From Diplonema japonicum (Eukaryota > Protista > Euglenozoa: Diplonemea), in the NCBI GenBank assembly GCA_964019335.1, contig OZ025683.1, positions 434,001 through 498,000 on the forward strand: 64,000 bases of DNA, in the 5' to 3' direction. Shown here in pieces: positions 36,101 through 48,100 of this stretch (positions are counted from its first letter, which is position 1; each line of letters opens with the position of its first letter). Under the pieces are notes generated by a model. The model was given only the letters and a program-made list of their open reading frames with translations, had not been told where the DNA came from and ran no database searches. The translations under genes were made by a program, and so were the position numbers.

Positions 36101-39100
36101 ATGTTACGGAGTGGCTGTGACTGCCGCTCTTAGCTGTGAAGACTGCAGTCACGTCTTCCTACCTTCAGAGAAAATGTGTCGGGCATGCGACGCTTCTGGG
36201 TCCCCACTGTCCGCCGACTCAGTGAGGTGGGTGTACGGCGACGCTGTGTGGTGTGGTGCAAAATGCAGTGCCTCGGAAATAATAACTGTAGGTGTGATGG
36301 ACGGCCCGTTTAGTTTGGGATATCCTGCGGAACACCACACCTTAGGATCGGAAGTTGGGACGGACAGGTGGTATCAGGAGTTTATGCCCACTGAGGATGG
36401 GTGCCTGTCGCGTGCAAGCACGCTTCTAAGTTTTGTTTGCCCCGATGGTTCCCCGTTACTTGATGGGAAATTTTGCACGGGGTGCACAAAAGTAGAAATG
36501 GCTCTCATTGTGCTTGAGGGAGGGTGCAATGGCCCTGTCCTTGTCGTAGGTCACTACCTTGGGGCCGGCACGGAGAGGCCCGATGGTCTTTCGTGGGTGG
36601 AGTTCAAGTTCCTTGAAAGGCCGTTCTTGAACCAGTCAGAGGTCTACTGCCTGATGCTGGAGACCTATAGCTCTTGCTCTCACGTGTCCTGGGCCGCTAC
36701 ACCCACACCCTACGGTGTGGGCGGAACGCGTGGGTACTTTGAGAACAATAGATGGGTGCCAAACGGTACACTCACACATGGCTTCGCTGTTGCGGTTAAA
36801 CCAGATGTGACGCCAGCTCCTGTAGATGCGGGTCGGTGCCACACCTTATATACCTGTGCTGATTTGCCACATACAGGGAAAGTGTCACACGGCTGGATGC
36901 CGTCTTTCAAGAGCTGTGTTCGTGCCGCCCAGAGGGTGGGTGCGCCTTACATGACGTACCATACAGGGATGCGAGAGTGCGCCTCGTACATGACATGTCT
37001 CCGGAGGCTCCCCAGTGTTGACGAAGCAACGTCTTTGAGTGTTCGTGGTGCAAGTGTGGTGTGCGAGGTACCGGAGGGCTGTCTTGTAGACGGTTCATGC
37101 AAAGCGAACGGCTTTGGAAAAGAGTGGACTACTCTCTGTGAAAGGAACGCTACACACTGCACACTCTGCAAGACAGGCAGCACCCCTGCCTGCTACGACT
37201 GCGAGGAAGGGTACACTTTGTCAGTCACCGATGAGACGTCCTGCACTGGTGTATGTGTGAGCAACATAACAGGCACTGCGCCACCCACATGCACACCCCC
37301 ATGCACCTGCCGAGGAGAGGTTGCCTACGGCTGGTGCGACGGACGTGCTGCAGGTGGCATGCACTGCAATGGTGCCACACTGGTCAACGGGGCTTGTGTG
37401 TGTCCTTCGAAACAGTGGTGTGATGACACGTATCTGACAGAAGGCCAGTGCATCGATGGGACAGTGGTTGCGGTGCCTACTGGATGGTGTAATCAGCTCC
37501 CCACTACTGCAGGAACCTGTAAAGACTCCGGGGCTACTGTAGAATGTACCGGTGCTGCATGTTTGTGCGTGTGTCCAGACAACGCGAATTGCGATCTAGA
37601 CACGGGTGTGTGCATGGGGCAGTTCATCCAATGCAACAGCTATGCAGGAAACTATGGGTTCTGTGCGTACCCTGCTTTCCCTGACCCTGCGTCAAAGATA
37701 TGCGCTTGTCCTAAAGGCTTCCGCTGTACGTCCGACGACAATGAGATGAAGTGCACCATGCGGAACGACTGCGGGGGGTGCGGGCAGCTACCTTGTGACG
37801 AATCGCAGATCGCCACCATGCGACACGCCGCAAGTCTGACACGGCAATACAAGATCGTATACAGAACCGTAAAAAGGCTACAGGCACCTGGCCCTAATGT
37901 AGACTCTCCTGGTCCCGGTCCTTATCCCTCTCCTCCTTACCCTGATGTTTCTAGTCCCGATCCTGGTCCCGGTCCTTATCCCTCTCCTCATACTGTTCCA
38001 AGCCCACCCTATGGTTCTAGTTCGCAGGCACCCAGTACCTACACGGACCAATCCACCTTTTCTCCTTTCACCATCAACATCACGCACCCGCAAGTGTACA
38101 TGACCTACCAAGAGAAGCATCACGTACCTACTACGAAATTCTGCTTTGGCCCGCATAAGATCATGCGTTGGGACTATGATGGTGATGGGCTGTGCAAGTG
38201 CAGAGGGGACTACAAGTGGGTGTGTTGCGATACGAGCTCTGGCTCTATAGATGGGACGTGTGAAGAAGATCTGTACAACAGCTGCATACAAAACACGCCC
38301 GATCCGAGGGCAGGCTGCGGTGAACCTCCTTCGGAATACGGGTGCAAAGAGCACATGGAAGCAATCTGGGAAGGCGCAATAGGAGAACGGCAGAGGAATT
38401 GCAGATGCATAGCTGGGTTCATGTGCAACGCTCTGTACAGAACGTGCGAGTCTGTCCCGCATGGTGTGGACCACAGGCCACTAGCCGAGTGCGACAAGCA
38501 GGAAGTCGGTGGTGGGTGCATGTTTAATGCATTCACAGACAGTAAAGGTGTATGCAGGTGCAAGTCTGACAGGTACAAAACTGACCAAGGTACTTGGGGC
38601 TGTCAGGCAACAGGCAGATGCAGACTGACGCCCACAGACACTTGCTCAGTGCAGACTAGGGATGCGAGCAACTACGGGAAGTGCCTGTGTGACGCGAGCC
38701 TCCAAAACGGTTTCTGGAACGGCACTGACTGTGGTGAATGCTTAAACCAGTGGTTCGGTCCTGGGTGCACCTTAACATGCAACCTCACAACATTGGCCAC
38801 CGTATTGCCCGAGGTGGGTAACCTACCAACCTATTTGTTTGGCACTTACATCCCAGAAAACGGCGGCTCATGCGAATGCCCTACTGAAGTGACCGGCGGG
38901 AGCTCCTTGGGCTTCACAGGAACCTTGTGCAACGAGTGCTTGGCTGAGAATGGCAAGTTTGGCGACAACTGCTCCGATGCCCGTTCGAGCACCACAATGA
39001 AATGGGAACGTCAGTTCCAACAGTTCGTTCCTGTCGTGCTAGGCCCCTACAAGGTCATGAGCTACTCGCAAGTTTACATCAGTGTCGAGCTGTTATCAGG

Positions 39101-42100
39101 CGACATCAGCTCCTTGCAAGCCAATCTCACCATCTTCCCCACCTATCGCGACGTGGAAACCGTGTTTGAGGGCACCACCACTACGAGTTGGGCGTCACGC
39201 AGTCTGATGCAGCTGGGCAACGACAACGAAATGTTCCAGAGGCAGCCACAGCAGAAGAGTGTGGATCTCACGGTTAACGACACGACTACAAATTGTATAA
39301 ATTCTCCGAATTGGCCTGCGTCTGGCCTTTCTGGAGAATGCTACGCAAGTGTTCCACGTGGATACAGCTACGCTGCCATCAAGCTCATCTCGGACCGCGA
39401 GCTGGAAGTCGGTGTAAAGGTGAGACTTGTGACCGACTGTTGCAACGCACACGGCTTCTGTGGGGAAGACATCATGGAATGCACTTGCGCTGCTAATGCT
39501 GACCTTGGGTACTGGTCTGCATCTCAACAATGCAAGACTTGTGACAAGGGGTACTCAGGGTCCAGCTGCACTGAGTTTACCGCCACATTCGACACGAGAA
39601 TGACGACTTTGCCTGGTGCTCCCATCGCGGTTCCTGTCCTCGGGCAGTCGTCGTACTACAGCGTGGAAGTGGCGCCCACCACTCCCTACAACGTGTCACT
39701 TGCAGGCAAAGGAGACTGTGACTTGGCTGTAACGCTTTCCTCGACTTGTGGCACTGGCTGGACAGAATACAAGGGGACATGTTACCACCTGGCTACTTCC
39801 TGCAACGCGTCATTTGAAGAAGCACGTGATGCGTGCTCACAGATGGGTGCCAGCCTGCTGAGGCTGGAAAAGAACACTGATTTACTCTTCTTCTTGGCAT
39901 CGTTTATGGGAAGCCTAGGGCCCGTTACCGACAGCTGCCCTCATACCAAGAAAGTTTGGACGGACATGACACGCAGCAAGCAGCCGGACTGTTCGGGTTT
40001 GCTGGAATCCTTGTGTGTGCACCCGTGCATGTGGGATTCCGACACGCACAGCTGCAAACGGAATATGTCATCAACATGTGCATTCGACCCCACAGCGTGG
40101 GATAGTCCGTTGAAGTACAATCACCACACGGAAGACACGTGCAACAAGGTTGGAAGGACGTTCACACACAACGGAAAGGTGTACTCAAAGGACTGCTTTT
40201 GGAACAAGTTGGCAAATCCCGTAAGCCAAGAAGTGACAGGGCAGTGTGCAGACGGCGAGTGCACTACAGTGCAGTACACCCTCGGCGCGGGCGCGTGTGA
40301 ACCACAGTACACCTTCCTCGGAAGTTTCGACGAGAAGGCCGTCTTGCTCGCGTCATCCATTCTGCTAGAAGGCAGAGTTGGCTACAATAGTTGTGTACCT
40401 GAAACTTACTCGGGAGCTGCGTGTACTGCCGCAAAGAATACCCCTGTGCTTGATAGCATGGGCCGCCCACTGCCAGTTCACGGGAAGTGGGTTGATGGCG
40501 CAGGCTGTATTGATGACTTTGGGTTTGAGTCCCAAGGTGAGTGTGGTGGTGTCGACAACTCAAACCTAAAGTCCCTAATCTGCAACGAAAAAGCGTTGGA
40601 CTCCTTCTCATGCGGCTTCGCACAGGAGCGGCACGGGTTGCGTGGACACGAGGGCTTTCCCTGGTACGATGTCACGACGACGGAACCGCAGCAGTGTTAT
40701 ATTTGCACTCCGACCGAGTGGGCGAAGCAAGAGTACAGCACTGCACAGTGGACCACTGCAGGGGATATCGTGAAGAACTGCATTGCATTTGGACTCCAGG
40801 ATGACATGAGTGTCAGTGAAGACGACCCTGGCTTCGTGGGGTATTCGGCATACTGCACGAGTGCGTTAGAGTCGCTAATAGGGCATCTCTCGGAGGAGGA
40901 ACAGGCAAGTTGGGGTCACAGGGACACTAACATTTTCCGAGCTAGCTACATTTGTGAAAAGCCACGCGATACAAAAGTGTCGGGAAGCGAGCGCAGCTTG
41001 ATCCACCCCACGGAGGACCTTGAGGACTTCATGATCAACCCTACATGTTACAACCCAGAGGTGTACGTCGCATCCAACGACGTCTGCACAGGCGTCGTGC
41101 CGAAGGATGCCAACTACTTAGCGATCCGCGTCACCTGTCTGGAGCCTGCTTCCTTGTACAACCTATCTATGAGCTTTGTGTCAGGTGGACACTACTACAG
41201 GGGCAGCGACCCTCCTTGCATCAACAGTGATTCGGAGGGGCATTGGATGGGCACGTTTTGCTCAGAGTGCATGCCGCGGTGGTCAGGTCCAGAATGCACG
41301 GTGTTTGAACACTGCTTTTACACAGGAGACTGTCGGCACGGGCGCTGCACAGAAACAGGTTACTGTGAATGCGACCCGGACTGGTACGGCATGCTCTGTG
41401 ACAGTTACTGCAATTCTACCACGTGTCTCAACGGGGGTTCTTGCAACCCCGAGTTCCAGGTCTGTAACTCCTCGCTTGGCTTCCCATTGTCGTGTCCGTC
41501 CTATGACCTTAGCCCATTGTGTGTCTGCGAGCCTGGCTTTGCTGGAGTCAACTGTGAAACCTGCACTTCGGGCAAGTGGGGCAAGGTGTGTGACCAGTCT
41601 TGTGTCTGCAACTCACAAGGCTGCAATGCGGTGACGGGTACTTGTGAGTGTGTCACCGACAGTTTGCAGGGCTTTTGGAGTGGTTCGAAATGTGAAGAGT
41701 GCGCTAAGAACTATTATGGAGCTGACTGCACGAAGTACTGCCTGCCCTCAAGCACCTGCAGTGGCCATGGGAATTGTACCAAATCCGGCAGTTGCTCATG
41801 TGACGTTGGCTACTATTCGCATTCCTGTTCTACAAAATGCACGGTCGCGCTGTGCACAGGACATGGAGCTTGTGATGCTACTACAGGTGCGTGCATTTGC
41901 GATTTGAGTTACAGTAAAGGCTTCTGGGGAGGCAAGACGTGTAACACCTGTGCAGCCGGGTATTATGGGACTGCTTGCAAACAGGACTGCCAGTGTGCAA
42001 TGCATGGTACGTGTGATGCAGCAACGAGCAACTGCCGGTGTTATGATGACGACAAGAACGGCCACTGGTCGGGTACGAAGTGTACCGACTGCAAAGATGG

Positions 42101-45100
42101 CTACGTCGGGGTGGAGTGCTTGGCCAAAGCGCAAGTCTCGGAGAATAATTTAGCGCGTGTTGCGAAGCTGTCGGTCACAGGTGCTGACAGGTCTGTCAAG
42201 TACTATACGTCCTTAGCAGGTGCTGCTGTGACCTTCAGTACAGGACAGTGGGATCACCTCCTGGCGGGTGCTGGGTCCGACGTCTCTCTCTTCAGGAGGC
42301 CCCGGACTAGCGCAAAGCTTGCAGACTGGGAATACATTGGCACATGCAACTTGCTCAATATGTTTGGATACGGCAGTGAAATCATCGGAGCAGTGCTGCA
42401 CAAGGGAATGGTGTACGTAGGGCTGCAAGGAGCAGAAAAGTCAGCGCTGGTGCCCTTCGTAGCAACAGAGCCGTTGGACATCATCAAGGGAAGGCATCGT
42501 CAGGACCAGTGCTCCAACATCACAGCCAACAGTGTCGTGACCGACTTTGTAGGGGACAACTACGAGCAGCGTTTAGTAGCAATGGCGCTCGACGATAGAT
42601 ACGATAGCATCTACACTGTGGCGCTGAGGTGGAACACTTCAGATGCGCTAGTAGTGCCTCTACTTGTGCTATCGAGGATCATGTTGGACACTATTGACAC
42701 GGACGACTGGTCAAAGGGCGCCTCCCACCCGATGTCCGCGTCTCTGCCACTCCCCATGATGAACACGGTTTCAAGCATTGTCGTGAACTATCGCGACAGT
42801 GTTACTAACAAGCCGCTTGACAACCCTTTCTTGTTCGTGATGGGGACCTCGAGGTCGTCCAGGATCATGGTGCTGAAAGTCTTCATGCCAACAAGTGGCC
42901 TGCTCAGCATCGACGATGGGTCACTGAACGACCTCCGTCCTGTTTACAACTTCCAGCCTGGCTTCTGCAGCCAGGTGCCATGTGAGACGATCGCAGAAAG
43001 CCTCATCCTGCGCGGGTGGCTCTACCTCGCCGTGCAGACATGGAACAAGAACACCAACAGAAGAACAGCAGTGTTGGGGAGGATACGCCTGGACATGATC
43101 AAAGACAGGTCTGCATCTTCCTACGGCTATACCGAAGTGCCAGAAAGCTGGTCTGGTACTGAGATGGGCATTGGGTTCATGGTTCTTGATGCAAACACGA
43201 CCAACACACGAGAAGAAACTAAGCAGCCCGAGCCGTTTCCCAGCACTGGTAATGGGTATCAAGCATGCAAGGGTAAGAGGTGTGGTGACACATGCGTGGC
43301 GTGTGAACCTAGTAGCACTCTTTGTGTTGAGACGCAAGAGAAGAAATATTGCACGGCAAAGGGGAATTGTGTGCCGGACATGCCTTCTTCTTGCTTGACG
43401 AGCGCTCCTACTTACATCTACCTGGGGCTCAAAAACTCTACACCGAGCATTTTGTACAAGTACAAAGTTGATGAGCTGAAGAACACCTTCCACGAAGAGC
43501 CAACACAGCTCACGCTCAACTACGAGAACATTGCCACCCAGTACCAGGCAGCCGTCGCAGCGGTGGCCGACCCGGGCATGCGACTGCTCTACGTGGTCAC
43601 AAAGCTCAATCGGTTGCAAGTGTCTGTCGTGAACCTATACGATGTGCAGAAGCTGTCGCCTGTGTACGTGGATGGCACAGGGGGCACCCTGGTGACAGTC
43701 AAGGGATCGGGGTTCCCACTCAATCTCAACCAGTCAGACAAGTCATTGGCCGTATCATGCAAATGGGGTGATTTCGTGTATAAAGGAAGCCCCACAAGCC
43801 CCACAGCCACACTCATAGACAGTGAGACTGTCATTTGTAAGGCACCGAAGAAGTCACAGTTCGACGCCTGTGCAGACGTACCGCTTGAAGTGTCCATTGA
43901 GAACGAGGCAAGATTCAGCTCGAATGGGATCCTCGTGCGACACATCAATGCTGCGATCATTTTCTCCTTGGCACCCCTACGAGGCACCCTCAAGTCAACC
44001 GTCATCATCACTCTCTCAGGTACGGGGTTCCTGAACTCGCCATATCTTGCATGCCTTGTGAACAACGTAGTGACGAAGGCGACGTGGAAGTCGTCGATCT
44101 CCATGTGGTGCACGCACCCTATGACCGACACACCAGCCGTCACAACAGTCGAGGTCACGCTGGATGGACAGAAGTACTCGGAATCGAAAAAACCGTATTA
44201 CATAGTGGGTGCACCCACGCAGATGGCCTGGACAATAGGAAAGTCCAGCACGATGGGGAAAACAGAAGCATATACATTTCCGTCAAAAGCAGTAAACGAC
44301 TTGCTGCCACTGGATATCAAGATGCTGGACTCAGCGGGCAACGAGGTAGGTTCCCGAGACGATGCGGTGCGCGACTATAACATATCCATGTATCTGGAGG
44401 GACCACCCCCTTCGCGCACGCTTCCCTGTGTGTCCGGACCTTGTGGCACGTTGAACGGCCTGGTCAGTTCGCCTATTTTTGCAGGTGCTGCGCAATTCCA
44501 GGGTCTGTATTTAGACTACCCGGGGGCTGGCTCGTATAAGATCATCATTAATGTTATTCGGTCAGATGCTGACTGCAGACCTCTGAGCACGCAAGCCCCC
44601 ATTGCGTCATGCTTGGGGCTTGTGGCCTTCTCAGAAGGTGCGGTGCCAACTCCAATAGCTTCTGCGGAAATCACTTTCGAAATCACAGCGTTGGCCAGTA
44701 CGCTCAAGCTCGTGACATCCCCGCCAAGGTTCAGCACCAATAAAGCAAAGCTCTCCTTGCAACCTATTCTGGTGTTCACTGATGTCTCGGACAACATTGC
44801 CACCACGCACAGTGGGAGGCTCAACATTATCATCACCCCGAATGAGGGTGCGGTGAAGCTCTCGGGCACACAAGGCGACAGGAGCACGGTTGAGTACAAA
44901 GACGGCAGGGTTACTTACTTCAACCTGCGTATCCTAGAGGGCGTCGAGGGCCAGCAGTACGTGTTGCGGTTCGTGCCGGACACCGACCACATCAAGCCTG
45001 TTGCGAGCGATCCCATCTACATCGCGGTCTGCGCCTCTACTAACAACGCAATCAGCAGTATCCAACCTGACAACGGACAGCTGGGGAGGCAGCTTGTGAC

Positions 45101-48100
45101 TATCAAGGGATGGAACTACAGGGAGGAAAACTCCGCATACTTGCACTGCAAATACGGCGATGACTATAAGATACAGGCCACCTTTGTCGACACTTGCACG
45201 ATGCTGTGCCCCTTGCAGGCCAAGACGGGTCCTAGGAGTGCGCCCTTGAAGGTGACCCTCGACGAGTCCGGTGTGTGGTACGACTTCGGCTTCAACTACT
45301 CATACATCGATGTGGTGAGCGAGCTCACGTGGTCTGTCGACAAGGACATGCTGTCGTACCCTTCGTCGTCTATTGTTGTATTTAATGACATCTTAATCAC
45401 ACTGCGCGATGTCAGCGGGAACTGGTTGAGGAGCTGGGACACAGTATCTAGAACCGTTTATCTCAAGACTCGTGTTAACTTAGGCAGTGGTGCAGTGCAA
45501 GCTGTTGTGTCGAACGGCCAAGTACTTTTGAAGGGACTCAGATCGCAGCTCCCCAAAGAGGACAAGTACATCTTCCTCTTCACAACTGACGCCAACGCCC
45601 CCATGCCCGCCGACCTCTCCACTTCTGATAGAACCGCAGCAGAGGTGGTAACGATGACATTACCTGAAGTGGAGATAACGCAGAGCATCAGGGAGATCGA
45701 TGACAGGTACGAACTGCTGCCTACGTTCATACTGGAAGGGACAAGCCTTCTCTCTTTCGACACGTTGGTTCTTCCGGCAGACGCCACAGCACAGGCTACC
45801 TACATTAGACTGGCGAGTTCAATCACTTCAACCGAGATGCGGTTTGAAGACATGGTAGAATGTGCCATGCTATGCACGCAGCACCCGTTATGTGCGGGAT
45901 GGTACCTCTTCATAAGCACCCATCAATGTTACTTTGTGTCGTACGTCAGAAATGTGGTCGCAGATGCCAACGGGTTTGCAGGGAAACTGGAAACCGGACC
46001 AGAGTCGCCCGTTGATTTGCCGTTCTTCATGAACTCATGTGCACCGAGGAACTGTTCCGAACCAGATGCCTCTGGGCTGTACACATGCCACTACCAGATT
46101 CCAGATGTCAGTGTCCCGACACCTATGCCCACCCCCATCTCGTTTACTGCTACATTGACCGAGTCGGAGACACAGACCTACGTGAACTTGTCTTTTTGGG
46201 ATGCTGTCGACCTCATGAATGCCTCTGTTGCGTCCGTGACGCAGGCACCTTTCGGTGAACACAATGAGTCCTCAGCAGAGGCGAAGATTCTTGATGCTGC
46301 CGTTCCTGCCTATCTGAACAACATGCCCGTTGATGGATGCGTGCCAAGTTCTGCCCAGGACTGCCCCCTCATGAGTGCTGTGCCGAGTTCTGCTGTCGTC
46401 TTCTCTACGACCCTCATCATCACAGTCAGCGAAGGTCAGCCGCACCATATGACCTTCGTGTCTAATACGAAAGGCATGCCGCTCTACAGCACGGCTACTA
46501 CGAACAGGCGCACGCTTGACATCCAGCCCATAGTGCTTGTCGTTGACATCGCTGAGAACGAAGTGAACTCCTATATCGGTGCACCCACAGTGGCTGCTGT
46601 GGTGAAACCATACTGCGTAAGGTCTCCTTCGCAGACATTGGAGGAGTTCAGGTACCCTCTGAGGGCAGCGAACAAGAAGAAGGCCGGATGCTTGCAGTTT
46701 TTAACAGAAGAAGATCTGGAATACGGTGTTGCCATATATGGTAAAACATACGGCCCCTCGTGTCACGGGACGGCACCGTCTGGGAAGGAAGCAGAATTTC
46801 AACTGACTTGCGAGCGGCTCCGTGGGGCCAACGTGTGGGTGGAGAATGCAAGAGCGGTATTCACAGAGCTGCACTTCAGAGGGTGCGCCTCAGATATGAC
46901 AGGGCTGCCGTGTGCAACTGACGTGAGATACAGAATCCATTTCAAACTTGAAGGTGCCGGCACGACGGTGCCCGATTTGATCAGCGACAGCATTTACACT
47001 GCGAACTGCCCCAAATCCAACGCGCCTCTCTCGGCGATCATTCCTGCATGGGCTAAGCTTGTGGGTGGTGCCACTGTAACGCTAAAGGGGTGGGACTTCC
47101 AGCCGCAGAGGAAGCTCAGGGTCAACCTTGGTGGAGTGGCGCTGACGCCGGAATTTATAGATACGTGCACTGCGATTGTGACTGTCCCCGGTGCCACGGC
47201 CGCAAGGGAACATGAAACACTTGAGCGTGAAGCCAAACCTCTCGCATATAGGGAATCTAAAGTGCTGGCATCCTTCGATAACCCCTCTGCGGCTAGTCTC
47301 AAGGTGTATGACGAGGACAACCCCGACTTCGAGAGTGAGCCTTTAGCGTTCCAAATCAAGAGCTCACTCCCCGAGTCGGTAGGCCTTGCTGCGGCCAGTG
47401 AAAGGAATGAGTCTATCCCCAGCGACTCCATAGTTTGCGGAGAGGAGACTGGCACGAGCAGGGCTTCCAGCCTCCCTAGAATGTGCTTCAAAACAGGCAA
47501 AGAAGTGCGTGTTGGCGAACTTATGATCATCCTGAAAGACGGTGCGGGCGGTGACCTTTACGCAAAAGGCACCTATCTTGACGGCGAGAACTTCGGATTC
47601 TTCGAAGAAGTAACGAACCCGAGTGATCCAAACGGGGCCAATGTATGGGGCAGGGAGTTCCCCGGTTCGCTGGACCAGGCAAGGGACGTCTTCATCACTA
47701 TTGAAGTGGAGCCACCGACCAGCGGGGCAGTTGTCACCGTAGCACCCATTAACACTGCGAACAGCATTGTCAACATGACAGAGACGGGCGGCGAGGGGAC
47801 GACGACAGACGGCTTGCTCAGCATCACCGACGTGGTGCTGTTTTATCCCAAGTCCGGAGAATATATATTTAGGTTCCGCGCACACGGCACCAACGTGAGA
47901 GGCAACCCTCATAACAATGGTGGTGTTCGGCTGTTCGTCGGGAAGGGCAGTCCCACGCAGTTCGTTATCAGCAACGCCGATGAATTGGTCCTCGGGACGG
48001 ACGGTGTTGCCGCGATGCAACCGCCTGTAAAGCTGGAACTGCTGGATGTCGCCAACAACACACTCATCAACAGCGACCTGCCTGCATCAGATTCAGGACT

